DNA of 64,000 nt from an uncultured Nitrososphaerota archaeon (GCA_963703285.1 OY969807.1:512001-576000), one strand, 5' to 3'. Positions 46,237 to 56,982 are shown, counted from the stretch's first letter. Notes: generated by a model not told the origin, from the letters alone. Numbers and translations are program-made.

Positions 46237-47409
46237 CTAGGGGGACCCCTTCTGGAACTGACCCAGGCTGACGGGCTTGAGCGTGATCGGAGTCGTCATC
46301 AGCATTATCTCCTTGCCGGTGTAGCCTTCGTTGTAGAAGTCGCCCATGTTCGCTCCGCTGAAGCCCGTGTAGGTCCACCCCACCATCCCCTTGTTCCCTC
46401 CATAGACGGGGTCCATGGCGAATCCGGCCCAGGTCATGAAGAAGAGCTCGTAGGCGAAGTCGGAGGGAAGGATGCCCCCGAACTCGGCCGTGGTCGGCTT
46501 GTTGTTCCAGAGGTCGGTCAGGCAGGCCGTCTGGTCCGCGGAGGAGAGGTTCTCGAAGTTGCCTCCGTGGGCAGAGTTGGCGTATGCCTCTATCCCCGCC
46601 AGTCCGAGTCTCCAGAACTCGCGCTTGTTCCAGGCGTACTGATAGCGCGTCCCCGCCCCGACCCTCACGTTCGCGGTCGGGGGGTAGACGACGTTGTAGA
46701 CGGTCCCGGCTACCGTGTAGCTTACCGTCGCGCCGTTGTAAGTGGTCCCGTTGACGGTGACGGGCGTCTGGGTGTTGGCGGGTATCCAGGGGCCGTCGAT
46801 GAACACGTTTCCGTCGTTCCCGTATATCCCCTTCAGCTGATGGTCGATGAAGTAGGCGACGCCGGCGGCGCTCGCGCCGGGCCCGGAGCTGTCGGTCGGG
46901 ATTATCGCCTCGACGATCGCCTGGAGTTCGGCCTGTTCGCTGGTGTTGAGGACGAGGAACGAAGCGTCAGAGTCGAGGTCCGCCTGAAGGGCGGACGCCT
47001 GAGAGGTAGCGCTGCTCACCTGGGAAGTGAGGGTCGAGACCTGCCCGTTGAGAGAGGTGACCTGGGCGTTGGCGCTGCTGAGCTGCTGCTGCGTAGAGGT
47101 CAACTGCTGCTCCGTTGAGGTCAGCTGGACGCTGAGCGTGGTGACCTGAGACTGGGCAGAGGACAACTGACCGGCGGTCGAGTTGAGCGCGCTCTGCGTA
47201 GTAGATAGCTGCAGCTGCGTCGATTCTAGCTGGTTTGAGAGGGATGCCACCGCGCTGCTCGAGCTGCTATTGTTCGTCCCTATGACACTGCTTAGGTAGG
47301 CGTCGGTTGCGACGCCTGCCACGACTGCGCCAGCGACAACGCCGGCGCCAATCTTGAGGAAGGTCCTTCGGTCGCCTTCCTTGGTAACTGGCTTGCTGCT
47401 ATCAGCCAT
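46237..47409 (-). CDS. Gluconate 2-dehydrogenase subunit 3-like protein with Tat signal and long coiled-coil insertion
   Basis: ATG 47409; DRRTFLK; S/T/Q heptad tract; IIPTD..PGA..GVAYFID; DPVYGGNKGMVGW..GF.G. Confidence 0.88.
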   Translation of the reverse strand: MADSSKPVTKEGDRRTFLKIGAGVVAGAVVAGVATDAYLSSVIGTNNSSSSSAVASLSNQLESTQLQLSTTQSALNSTAGQLSSAQSQVTTLSVQLTSTEQQLTSTQQQLSSANAQVTSLNGQVSTLTSQVSSATSQASALQADLDSDASFLVLNTSEQAELQAIVEAIIPTDSSGPGASAAGVAYFIDHQLKGIYGNDGNVFIDGPWIPANTQTPVTVNGTTYNGATVSYTVAGTVYNVVYPPTANVRVGAGTRYQYAWNKREFWRLGLAGIEAYANSAHGGNFENLSSADQTACLTDLWNNKPTTAEFGGILPSDFAYELFFMTWAGFAMDPVYGGNKGMVGWTYTGFSGANMGDFYNEGYTGKEIMLMTTPITLKPVSLGQFQKGSP

Positions 47410-47751
47410 CGGACAGTGCACCGTGGACGCCATATATATGGAGTCGCATTTTTGAGACGATACCGGGACGAGATAGTCAACAGGTTCGAGAACCACACGA
47501 TGGTCAGGGACTACTTCCTCGCCAGGAGCGCGGGCGTCGTAATGAGGAGCCAGGAGGATGAAGTGCGCTACCCGACTGGCGGGCAGTATAGCGGTTCGCT
47601 AGCCATCGTCAGACGTTGGAAGTTTGGGCCAGTAGGAGGAGAGCACAATTCCAAGCCCTCTCCGGCCCGTAAAGGCGAATTACCTGTCCATTCAGTTGTG
47701 GCCGAGCTGCCTGAAGATGTGACCGATTCGAAGAGACCCGTCCTGAGGTCC

Positions 47752-48753
47752 CTAGGCGGTTCGAGCCGCAGCGTCAGTTGTCTGGCCAAGTCCGCCGCCT
47801 GTGTATCTGACAGCATCCGTGAGCTGTATGATCCAGACGAAGAGGAAGGCGGCCAGCAGGATTCCGACCACCGGGGCCGAAGACGTCCACGCTAGGCTCG
47901 TCACCGCTTGAATTTTTTGCCCCGAAAGAAACTCTCCTATCCTCGATGGCAGAATCATGTACCAGGATGAGACGGCGCCAAGCGCCAGCCCTTCAACTAG
48001 GAAGGCGACTCCCCTGGACCATCTGCCCTGCCTGAGCTGCGCCAGCCCCATCAGCCCGAAAAAAGAGGGAATCGCCGCCAGAGCCACATCTCTCCATACC
48101 CTTCCGGGGATTTGGAATCGCTGCGAGCTCGCCATCGCCACCGACCCTGGCTTTAGCGAGGAGACGTCCTCGACGGACTCGGTCATGTGCCCGACCGCGC
48201 TCGTGTCGAGGTCTATGGACTCCAGGGCTTCGAGAGGTCCCGCCTCTTCCATGGCCAAGAGAAGTTCGTCCGGAAGTCCGCTGGCCCACCGACTGAAGTA
48301 CCCCACGAGGGCGAAGGAGACCGACAGCGTGACCAGAACGAAGAACGCTCCGATGCCATCCACCGGCAGTATCAAGAGGAAGAGCGCTCCAACCAAGGCT
48401 GTCACGACGATGGCCGCAAGCCAGTTCGCCAGGGCGGATGCTATCTTCCTCCCTCTTACGACCTGATAGGGATACCAGGATGACCGTACTCCCACAACGA
48501 ACGCCGCAAGCGAGGTCACTCCAACGAACGCCAGCAAAGTGAGCACGAACTGGTAGTAGCTTTGTGGGGAGTAGTTCTGGAGGTATCCACCTGGGTTGAA
48601 TGCGGGGCTCTTCGTAATGAATCCGGGATTCTGCAAGATAACCAGGATCCCGGCGAAGACCGATACGCCGAGCAGAGCGGGTAGAAGGATGGCCTGGCGA
48701 CGATAGCTGAGATGCCTCCCCGTGTTCCCCGTAGTACCGTTAGAAGCCGTCAA
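47752..48753 (-). CDS. Multi-pass membrane protein
   Basis: About 7 hydrophobic segments; PSFFGLMGLAQL..G resembles a TM2-like motif. Confidence 0.65.
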   Translation of the reverse strand: MTASNGTTGNTGRHLSYRRQAILLPALLGVSVFAGILVILQNPGFITKSPAFNPGGYLQNYSPQSYYQFVLTLLAFVGVTSLAAFVVGVRSSWYPYQVVRGRKIASALANWLAAIVVTALVGALFLLILPVDGIGAFFVLVTLSVSFALVGYFSRWASGLPDELLLAMEEAGPLEALESIDLDTSAVGHMTESVEDVSSLKPGSVAMASSQRFQIPGRVWRDVALAAIPSFFGLMGLAQLRQGRWSRGVAFLVEGLALGAVSSWYMILPSRIGEFLSGQKIQAVTSLAWTSSAPVVGILLAAFLFVWIIQLTDAVRYTGGGLGQTTDAAARTA

Positions 48754-48938
48754 ATTTCCCCACCCTAGCCGTTAGCCATATCCGGACTGATATTTCAAGT
48801 GTCCATGGCCTCCAAAGCCCGCAGTTTGGTGACTCCAACCGATGTAGCCGTAAACACCGCAAATGAGAACACGCATCACTGAAGGCTGTGCCCCCTTATG
48901 TTCAAACTAAGCTGTAGCGATTGCACGCGAGAAGCATT

Positions 48939-49901
48939 CTACAGCAACGGTCGACCTGAAAGCAGGCTAACATACCAACGATAGTACTCCTCCACTCCCT
49001 CTTCAAGCGAGACTTTCGCACGATACCCGATTAGCGACCTTGCCTTGCTGACGTCTGCTTGGCTGTGCACAGTATCGCCAGGCCTCCCTCTAACGTGTAC
49101 AACCTTGCTTTGGTGGTTGCTAATCTTAAGGAAAAGCGAAGCTAGTTCGTTGATACTGGTCGAACGACCTGTACCGATATTCATGGTTTCGTTCTTGACC
49201 CTCTGCTTGCTCAAGCAGAGGCATATCGCGTCCACGGCGTCGTCTACATGCGTAAAGTCCCTCGTTTGATTGCCATCACCATAGATGACGATAGGTCTCG
49301 CACTTGCTGATGACTCCGCAAACTTAGTCATCACCCCGGAGTAGGGTCCCTGCGCCCGTCTTTTCCCGTAGATGTTCATGAGTCGTAGTCGGATCGTGTT
49401 AATGCGGGAGTCTTGGGAGTACGACTTGCAATGCTCTTCCCCCGCCACCTTGGATGCGGCGTACGGGGAAGACGGGTTCAATGGGCTCTCTTCTGTGAAA
49501 GGAAAGCCCTTGGACTCGCCATAAACAGCGGCTGAGGATGCGAACACCATCCTTTTGACACCGTTTCTCTTGCAGCCTTCAAGAACGTTGAGAGTTCCTC
49601 CGGCATTTACTGCGTTGACCAGACGGGGTTCCCTGAACGAGCGCGGGACGCTCACGATAGCCGCGAGGTGAACCACGGATTCAGCACCTTCAAGCACTTT
49701 GGAGGTTTGCTCCGCTCGCCTCACATCCCCCTTAACCAGTTTCAGGTCGTCCCTAGCTACGAGGGAATTGAGACTGTCCGGTTGTCCCGACGAGAAATCA
49801 TCAAACACGACCACTTCATGGCCTTCTCCTACCAATCTCTCGACGAGGTAATGCCCAATGAAGCCCAATCCGCCCGTGACGACCACTCGCTTGGTTGTCA
49901 T
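48939..49901 (-). CDS. NAD-dependent sugar epimerase (UDP-glucose 4-epimerase-like)
   Basis: VTGGLGFIG, HLAA, ASSAAVYG, PYAASK, GDGNQTRDF. Confidence 0.93.
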   Translation of the reverse strand: MTTKRVVVTGGLGFIGHYLVERLVGEGHEVVVFDDFSSGQPDSLNSLVARDDLKLVKGDVRRAEQTSKVLEGAESVVHLAAIVSVPRSFREPRLVNAVNAGGTLNVLEGCKRNGVKRMVFASSAAVYGESKGFPFTEESPLNPSSPYAASKVAGEEHCKSYSQDSRINTIRLRLMNIYGKRRAQGPYSGVMTKFAESSASARPIVIYGDGNQTRDFTHVDDAVDAICLCLSKQRVKNETMNIGTGRSTSINELASLFLKISNHQSKVVHVRGRPGDTVHSQADVSKARSLIGYRAKVSLEEGVEEYYRWYVSLLSGRPLL

Positions 49902-50446
49902 CTTTCCTCAGGTTCGGTCGTCCTTGTCTGCAATTTGAAAGAGTGCTCCAGAAACCAATATTTCAACTGTTCAAGCAAATATGTCAATTTGTGGCCAATA
50001 CAGGTTGCAGACGATGGTAGATCCTTCAATCCTACCGATTACCAAGGAATCCGCGCTCTCTCCTGCAGGGTTGTTGAATAACTATCTTTTTCGCAGAAGT
50101 CTCTCGCTCTCAGACGCTTGAGTACCGTAATTCGCATTTTGACTCCCTATAGTAGGAGCGATATTCGACCTACGATGACGGTAAACCGTAGTTGTTCAAC
50201 ACAGCTTCTCCTGCAAAAGAGTTAATAGAAGGGTTCAGCAAAAACATGAAGGCGAAGCGAGGATGGCTTTATCATTCAACTCAGCCTTGCGCAAAGTGGC
50301 AGTTTTGCCCTCGCGAGTCGTCTCGCTCGCCGCAGCCAACATTGGTTTGCTCACCTTGATGCTGGTCGTCGTCTGCGCAGGCGTAGTGCTCTTTTACCTG
50401 GTTATCCTTCCTCCTGCCACCTCCGTGTACCCTTAGACAGTCCCGT

Positions 50447-51652
50447 TTGAGCGAAATGGATCCTGTGCCGACCTCTGAGCCGTCAGGCGGCACCCAAGTC
50501 GCAGATAACCCGTTCAGGCGCATCTGGCTGTTCTCCATGGGGGTGAGCGTGGGGACCGTCGCCACAGTCTTTTGGTACTTCAACTACACGCGAGGACGCG
50601 ACTGGGTCCCGTTGGGATATGATACATACTACTACCTTGGTCACATCAGTCAGGTCGTCTCGTCGGGACCTTTGCAGTTCGCTGCCTCCCAACACTATGT
50701 TGAGTTCCTCTACCCAATCGTTGCCAGCGTCCCGGTCTACCTTGGGGCGTCAGCCGACTCAGTCGAGGTAATCCTCCCTGTGATTCTGGCATGCGCGACC
50801 GTCCTAGCCACTGGCGTCCTAGCGCTGGAGTCGCGGGACTGGAGGGTCGCCATCTTGTCCGTGGCATTCTCGAGTGGCTGGTTCGCCATCTATAGGATGG
50901 GAGCTGATTTCCAAGCGAACCTGTTCGCGTTTCCGCTTCTCATAGTAGCGTCGGCCTTGATTCTCAGGGTGTCTCGCAAAGGGGAGATTTCCGTCCCCGT
51001 CTTCGGAGCGTTTGCACTGCTGGTCGTCCTAGCGGCTGGAACACACATCGAAACGACGGATTTCTTCATTCTTGCTTGGGTGATAGCAATCCCTCTACTG
51101 GGGCTGAAATCGGCGTCTATTCCGAGTAAGTCGAGTCTGCTAATGATCCTGGCGTCAGCGCTGATAGCCTCTCCATTCACGGTGGCCTACATCAAGGAAA
51201 CGGCAGCCGGTCTCGGGAGTCAGTATTGTGTCCTTCCCGCCTACTGGCTGGAGGTCTTCGGACCCACGGCATTGCTTGCCGTATTGGGCATTGGGGTCCT
51301 CGCGTCGGGGCTCCTGACGTCAAGCTCGAGTGGATATCTCGCGAAGCTCGTGATTTCGTGGTCCGCTTTGGCTTTGGCAATCGGAGTCCTTGGTTACCTT
51401 ACTGCCTTCCCGATTTCCATATCCGACAGAGCACTTTTGCTGCTTCCTGTTCCCTTAATCTCCTCATTCGGCACTCTTTGGGTAGTAGACCATGTTCCGT
51501 TGCTTCAGCATTCGTCTCAAACTCGCTTGATCACGATCTTGGCGATAGTGATTCCCATCCTCGCTGCACCGGTTGTAGCGATTTACGTGGCCCCCCATTT
51601 CAGTTACTTCTCGGAACACAGCTCTTCTCTCGTGACGTGTGGTTCGACTTGA
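50447..51652 (+). CDS. Polytopic membrane protein, possible GT-C-like glycosyltransferase
   Basis: PLGYDTYYY after the first TM; about 10 TM segments; located in the glycan cluster. Confidence 0.65.
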   Translation: MSEMDPVPTSEPSGGTQVADNPFRRIWLFSMGVSVGTVATVFWYFNYTRGRDWVPLGYDTYYYLGHISQVVSSGPLQFAASQHYVEFLYPIVASVPVYLGASADSVEVILPVILACATVLATGVLALESRDWRVAILSVAFSSGWFAIYRMGADFQANLFAFPLLIVASALILRVSRKGEISVPVFGAFALLVVLAAGTHIETTDFFILAWVIAIPLLGLKSASIPSKSSLLMILASALIASPFTVAYIKETAAGLGSQYCVLPAYWLEVFGPTALLAVLGIGVLASGLLTSSSSGYLAKLVISWSALALAIGVLGYLTAFPISISDRALLLLPVPLISSFGTLWVVDHVPLLQHSSQTRLITILAIVIPILAAPVVAIYVAPHFSYFSEHSSSLVTCGST

Positions 51653-51730
51653 CCTTTAAGACCGCGGCGAACGGCACTGGAGGCAGCGGTCGTGTTTGAG
51701 TCGTCGAGCTCGTCCGACGGGGGGTATGCA

Positions 51731-52621
51731 ATGCAAAGTGGAATGCGGGTAGCCGTTGTCATTCCTGCCTACAACGAGGCGAAGAACATAGCCTCGGTCA
51801 TAATTTCCGCGCAGAAGCAGGGAGACCAAGTGATAGTCTGCGACGACGGCTCCCAAGACATGACCGTCGAGATTGCGAGGCGACTGGGGGCAATCTTGGT
51901 GGAGCATCGAACCAACAGCGGTTACGGAGCCGCATTGAGGAGCGGGTTTGAAAAGGCAATCCAGATCGGAGCGGACTTCGTCGTTTCCCTGGACGCTGAC
52001 GGACAACATGACCCTTCGGACATCCCCCGTCTGTTAGAGCCGCTGATAGCCGACAAGGCCGATATCGTCATTGCTTCAAGGTTCCTGAACGGTCAATCGG
52101 ACACGCCGGGTTACAGGAAGATTGGAATCGGAGTCATAAACTCCATCGCTCAGAGCAAGAAGATGGGCGTGACAGACAGTCAGTCGGGTTACAGGGCTTA
52201 CACTCGTGAAGCTCTGCTCAGAGTCCTTCCGGCCGAGATGGGCATGGCGGCAAGCACTGAGATTCTGCTGAAAGCGCAGGAGTCAGGCCTTCGGATCCAA
52301 GAGGTTCCGTCGATAATCGCATATAACCAGAGTCCTTCAAAACGCAGCCCGGTGGCGCACGGACTCGACGTGGTGTTCGGTCACATCAAACAGCTAACCT
52401 TCAGACACCCATTGATCCTCTATGGCTTTCCTGGCGCGATTTCCATTTTAGTCGCGCTTGGTTCAGGGCTATACCTCCTGCGGCTGTTCAACGCAGAGCG
52501 ATACTTCAGCGTGCCCCTCGCGCTCCTGACTCTTGGTTTTGGTTTGATTGGCGCTTTGCTGATCACAGTTGCGCTGATAGTATGGACGATGGTCAGCCTA
52601 TTCAGAGAAGGGCAAGGCTGA
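51731..52621 (+). CDS. GT2 glycosyltransferase (DPM1-like) with C-terminal TMs
   Basis: VIPAYNE, CDDGSQD, LDADGQH, DSQSGYRA. Confidence 0.93.
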   Translation: MQSGMRVAVVIPAYNEAKNIASVIISAQKQGDQVIVCDDGSQDMTVEIARRLGAILVEHRTNSGYGAALRSGFEKAIQIGADFVVSLDADGQHDPSDIPRLLEPLIADKADIVIASRFLNGQSDTPGYRKIGIGVINSIAQSKKMGVTDSQSGYRAYTREALLRVLPAEMGMAASTEILLKAQESGLRIQEVPSIIAYNQSPSKRSPVAHGLDVVFGHIKQLTFRHPLILYGFPGAISILVALGSGLYLLRLFNAERYFSVPLALLTLGFGLIGALLITVALIVWTMVSLFREGQG

Positions 52622-52777
52622 GCAAACGACATGCGACTTGATTCTGAGTTTCGCGACCCTAACACCGTTCGCTATGGCTTGGGAATTCGCAAGGCTTTTC
52701 CCGAAGGCCGATTTCATTTGCCACCATCGGCTTGGAGCTTCGAGTTGATTCTTCTGGTACGCGCAGGGGCGAGCTGA

Positions 52778-53860
52778 ACGAATATTTCTATTGTATTAGG
52801 CACTCGCCCTGAAATAATCAAGATGGCTCCGATAATGAAAGAAGCGGATTCCCGTCACGTGCCCTACTCGGTGATTCATACAGGCCAGCATTACTCTCCC
52901 GGCATGAGCAATGTCTTCTTCGAGCAGCTAGGCCTGCGCGAGCCCGACTATAACCTGAATATCGGGTCAGGGATGCACGCTGAAGAAATCGGCAGGATGC
53001 TCATCGCCATTGAAGGCATCCTTGCCAAGACAAGGCCAAGCGTCGTTCTCGTGGAAGGTGACACGAATTCGGTTCTTTCGGGGGGGCTTGCAGCGAAAAA
53101 GCTGAATATTCCAGTCGGGCACGTCGAAGCAGGCCTAAGAAGCCATGATTACTCGATGCCCGAAGAAACCAATCGCATTTTAACGGACCACCTGTCCGAC
53201 CTTCTCTTTGCGCCGACACCAATCGCAAGAGACAATTTGACTTCCGAAGGCATTCCCGCTCAACGGGTGTGGGTGACCGGCAACACAATAGTTGATTCTG
53301 TTGCCCAGTGTACGGAGCTGGCAAAACGCGTTGGTCACCTTCCGGAAAGTATTCGTGAAAACGAGTACCTTCTCCTAACCCTTCATCGGCAGGGAAACGT
53401 TGACTCGGAGAAACGACTGAAAATGATTCTTAGAGGGCTAGAGATGGTTCACGAAAAGACAGGGATGATGATTATCTGGCCTATCCATCCGCGAACACAT
53501 AATCGCATAGATAGAAGCCATTTGAGGCCTCCGAGAGGTCTGAGCCTCCTGAGCCCCCAAGACTACTTCTCTTTCCTGCGTCTTCTGATGCGTGCAAGGC
53601 TGGTGTTAACTGACTCTGGCGGAGTGCAAGAGGAGGCATGTATCCTCAAGGTCCCTTGTGTGACTTTGAGGGACAATACCGAGCGACCAGAGACACTCAC
53701 GATCGGTTCGAATGTCCTGGCAGGGAGCAACCCCGAGACAATCGTCGAGAAGACTACGCTTATGCTAGGCAGGACGAGGCGCTGGAAGAATCCCTTCGGA
53801 GACGGCCACGCCAGCGCAAGGATTCTGAACATCATCGGAGGCGCTCCGGTATTTGGCTAG
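52778..53860 (+). CDS. wecB: UDP-N-acetylglucosamine 2-epimerase (non-hydrolysing); apparent ACG start
   Basis: ISIVLGTRPEIIK lies upstream of the ORF-track ATG; HTGQH, GDTN, HVEAGLRS, PEETNR, TDSGGVQEEA, TERPE, NPFGDG. Confidence 0.9.
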   Translation, partial: TNISIVLGTRPEIIKMAPIMKEADSRHVPYSVIHTGQHYSPGMSNVFFEQLGLREPDYNLNIGSGMHAEEIGRMLIAIEGILAKTRPSVVLVEGDTNSVLSGGLAAKKLNIPVGHVEAGLRSHDYSMPEETNRILTDHLSDLLFAPTPIARDNLTSEGIPAQRVWVTGNTIVDSVAQCTELAKRVGHLPESIRENEYLLLTLHRQGNVDSEKRLKMILRGLEMVHEKTGMMIIWPIHPRTHNRIDRSHLRPPRGLSLLSPQDYFSFLRLLMRARLVLTDSGGVQEEACILKVPCVTLRDNTERPETLTIGSNVLAGSNPETIVEKTTLMLGRTRRWKNPFGDGHASARILNIIGGAPVFG

Positions 53861-54764
53861 AATCCTGGTTACCGGCGGGCTCGGTTTCATAGGGAGCAAC
53901 CTCGTACGTCAGCTCCGGGGTCGGGGGCATGATGTATGGGTGGCTGACCTCAGACACTCTGGCGACCCAAGATCGATACGAACGGACGTATCGGTCTTCA
54001 GGCAAGTCGAAAGACTTCTGGAGGGCCACGACTTCGAATTCGTCTACCATGCTGCTGCCGAATACGGAAGATGGAATGGCGAGGAATACTACGAGAACCT
54101 TTGGAACACCAACGCGGTTGGAACCAAGAACATCCTGAGGATGCAGGAGAAAACACGCTTCAGGATGATTTTTTTTGGCAGCGCGGAGGTTTATGGTGAT
54201 TATAGAGAGGTCATGAACGAAGCGGTGATGGACAGCTCGGAGATAAGGCAGATGAACGACTACGCCATAAGCAAATGGGCCAATGAGATGCAGATCATGA
54301 ATTCAGCGACGATGTTCGGGACGGAATCCGTCAGGGTGAGGTTATTCAACGTATACGGTCCAGGAGAGCGCGTATCTCCTTACAGAGGATTCGTCCCGAA
54401 CTTCATCTCCAACGCCATCAACGATTTGCCATACACGGTTTATCTTGGACACAAGCGGACTCTGGAGTACGTGGATGACATCTGCAGGGCCTTTGCGAAT
54501 ATCCCTGAGCGGTTCAATGCCGGCGTCGTATACAACCTTGGCGGGGATACGCAGTACGAAATCAAAGCCGTCTCGGATCTGATTCTAAGGCAACTGGGCA
54601 AGGACGATTCCAAAGTGCTTTACAAGGACTCCGAGCCTTTCACCACGAAGGTCAAGACGCCCGACTCGACCAAGGCGAAGAGGGAGCTTGGCTTTGAACT
54701 GAAGGTACCTGCAGAGGAAGGAATTGCCAAGACGATTGAATGGTTCAAGGGGTTGTCCGACTAG
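53853..54764 (+). CDS. NAD-dependent epimerase/dehydratase
   Basis: ILVTGGLGFIG, YAISK, RLFNVYGPG. Confidence 0.92.
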   Translation: MARILVTGGLGFIGSNLVRQLRGRGHDVWVADLRHSGDPRSIRTDVSVFRQVERLLEGHDFEFVYHAAAEYGRWNGEEYYENLWNTNAVGTKNILRMQEKTRFRMIFFGSAEVYGDYREVMNEAVMDSSEIRQMNDYAISKWANEMQIMNSATMFGTESVRVRLFNVYGPGERVSPYRGFVPNFISNAINDLPYTVYLGHKRTLEYVDDICRAFANIPERFNAGVVYNLGGDTQYEIKAVSDLILRQLGKDDSKVLYKDSEPFTTKVKTPDSTKAKRELGFELKVPAEEGIAKTIEWFKGLSD

Positions 54765-54767
54765 CTA

Positions 54768-55775
54768 ATGACCAAGACGTTGAGTTCCCAGGAGGTTCTG
54801 AGGAGGTACAACGGATCTGTGATACTGATCACAGGAGGAGCGGGATGCATAGGGACAAACCTTGCTCGAGCTCTCATCAAGGCACGCCCGGAAAGATTAA
54901 TTGTTCTCGATGACCTCTCGGCCGGGTATCGTTGGAACATTCCCAAGGATTCAAAGTTGACGTTCCTCCAGGGCAGCATCATGGATGACGCGGTCATGAA
55001 GAAGGCGTTCAACTTCAAGCCTGCCTTTGTTTTCCATCTCGCCGCACACTTCGCAAACCAGAACAGCGTCGACCACCCGGAGTCAGACCTCATGGTGAAC
55101 GGGATGGGAACGTTACGCGTCTTGGAGTACTCAAGACTCGCTGACGTGGAGAGGTTCGTTTTCGCTTCCTCAGGATGCTCGGTGTACGGGAACGCTGCAC
55201 CTTTGCCACTCAAGGAGGACTACGTCTCACTGCATCTGGACACTCCTTATCAAGTCAACAAACTACTCGGGGAACTCTATTGCAATTACTTCTCGAATTA
55301 CTACAAGCTACCGGTATCTGTTGCAAGATACTTCAACGTCTACGGGCCGGGTGATGTTCCCGGGCGATACCGTAGCGTGATTCCCAACTTCATCTGGGCT
55401 GCGATTCAAGGCAGGGCGCTTACGGTCATGGGCACGGGCCGAGATACCAGGGATTACACGTTCGTGAGGGACATCGTTGATGGCACGCTCCGCCTAGGCG
55501 TCATAAAGGGCGCTCTTCGAGAAGCCTTCAACCTTGCTTCCGGGACGGAGACGAAGGTGATCGACCTCGCCAGGTTAGTGAACAAAGTCGCCGGGAACAA
55601 GGCCGGGGTCGTATACACGGCCAAGAGGAACTGGGACAAGTCCTCCAGACGCAGAGCTTCCATAGAAAAGGCTGAGAAGGTCCTTGGATATCATCCGCAG
55701 GTGCCCTTTGCTGAGGGGGTAAGAGAAACCTATCAATGGATACTGAGCAACTCGAATCAATTTCCAAGGGTATGA
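54768..55775 (+). CDS. NAD-dependent epimerase/dehydratase
   Basis: ITGGAGCIG, HLAAHFANQNSVDHP, PYQVNK, FNVYGPG. Confidence 0.92.
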   Translation: MTKTLSSQEVLRRYNGSVILITGGAGCIGTNLARALIKARPERLIVLDDLSAGYRWNIPKDSKLTFLQGSIMDDAVMKKAFNFKPAFVFHLAAHFANQNSVDHPESDLMVNGMGTLRVLEYSRLADVERFVFASSGCSVYGNAAPLPLKEDYVSLHLDTPYQVNKLLGELYCNYFSNYYKLPVSVARYFNVYGPGDVPGRYRSVIPNFIWAAIQGRALTVMGTGRDTRDYTFVRDIVDGTLRLGVIKGALREAFNLASGTETKVIDLARLVNKVAGNKAGVVYTAKRNWDKSSRRRASIEKAEKVLGYHPQVPFAEGVRETYQWILSNSNQFPRV

Positions 55776-55779
55776 GTAA

Positions 55780-56982
55780 GTGAACGTAGTCATCATCTCG
55801 CTAATCTATCCACCCGACCTGGGGGGCAGCGCGACCAGGGCGAGGAACATCGCTCGCGGTCTCCAGCTCCAGGGAAATCGAGTAACCATCGTAGCAGGAT
55901 TCCCTCATTATCCTGAGGGCCGGGTGCCCCAGACTCTCAGGAGAAAAGCCCTCGTCAGGGAGAATGACGCTGGGATCACTGTGATACGAACCTACGTTCC
56001 GCCTCTGGCATCTAGAGGCCTGATCAACCGGTTGGTGATATTTGCATGTTTCATGCTCTCGTCTCTGTTCGCGCTGACCTACATCCGCCGCGTCGATGGT
56101 GCCTTCGCCTCCAACCCGCAGATACTCGCTGCGTTCCCTGCGAAGGTCTATGGTTGGTTGTTCAGCGCCCCCATGATTCTGAATGTTGATGACCTCTGGC
56201 CTGAGTCCCTTTCCGAACTTGGAATGCTCAGAGGTGGTCTGCTCAAAGGAGTCTCGGGACGATTTGCCAGGTTTGCTTATCGCATCGCCGATGCCATCGC
56301 GCCCATCAGCCCGTCATACGTAGAGCCGATTGTCACGAAGTACGAAGTTCCCAGACCGAAGTTGGAGGTGATCCCCGGGGGTGTCGACGTCGGACTTTTC
56401 CAAGCTAAGCCGGGTCCGAGTCAACGTTCCACGTTCGAGGTTCTCTATATAGGCGCCTTCTCCAGGGCATACGACTTCGGCCAGGTCCTGCGAGCGGCAA
56501 ACGAACTGCGCGGGATCGAGGCGATCAGGTTCCAACTGCGCGGCCAGGGCGAGATGGCTCCGGCCATAAAGAGGGAGATAGAAAGATTGCAGATTCAGAA
56601 CGTCACCCTTACGCAGGGTGTGGTCTCTCGCGCGGAGGCAGCGAGGCTGATGATGAACGCCGACGTGCTGCTTCTGCCTCTGAGTGGTATGGAGAACGTC
56701 GAGAAGGGTATCTCATCGAAACTGTATGAATACCAGGCTGCGGGGAGGCCCATTGTGTGCTGTTCAAATGGCGCCCCTGGGAACTACGTGCGAGAGAGCG
56801 GCTCAGGTCTCGTCGTGCAACCTGGCGACTCAACTGGTCTGGCTACTGCCGTGTTGCGCCTCTGCAGGGATGCTGCACTGGCTTCCGAACTCGGCCGCTC
56901 CGGCCGCGAATTTGTCACGAGCCGCTATTCTGTCGAGAAGGTCGGCGAGATGGCCAACAGTCTGTTTGAGCGTGTGCGCTGA
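55780..56982 (+). CDS. GT4 glycosyltransferase (WbuB-like)
   Basis: YPPDLGG, FPHYPEG, DLWPES, SKLYEYQAAGRPI. Confidence 0.92.
   Translation: MNVVIISLIYPPDLGGSATRARNIARGLQLQGNRVTIVAGFPHYPEGRVPQTLRRKALVRENDAGITVIRTYVPPLASRGLINRLVIFACFMLSSLFALTYIRRVDGAFASNPQILAAFPAKVYGWLFSAPMILNVDDLWPESLSELGMLRGGLLKGVSGRFARFAYRIADAIAPISPSYVEPIVTKYEVPRPKLEVIPGGVDVGLFQAKPGPSQRSTFEVLYIGAFSRAYDFGQVLRAANELRGIEAIRFQLRGQGEMAPAIKREIERLQIQNVTLTQGVVSRAEAARLMMNADVLLLPLSGMENVEKGISSKLYEYQAAGRPIVCCSNGAPGNYVRESGSGLVVQPGDSTGLATAVLRLCRDAALASELGRSGREFVTSRYSVEKVGEMANSLFERVR

Noticed and set aside
3664-47118. Many long antisense or alternate-frame ORFs (e.g. 3664-5181, 28205-29146, 45262-47118)
   Set aside because: Expected shadows of high-GC3 genes; no protein motifs
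47626-47669. GGGCC..GGCCC hairpin resembling a tRNA
   Set aside because: Too short, with no D or anticodon arms; kept only as a weak att-like look-alike
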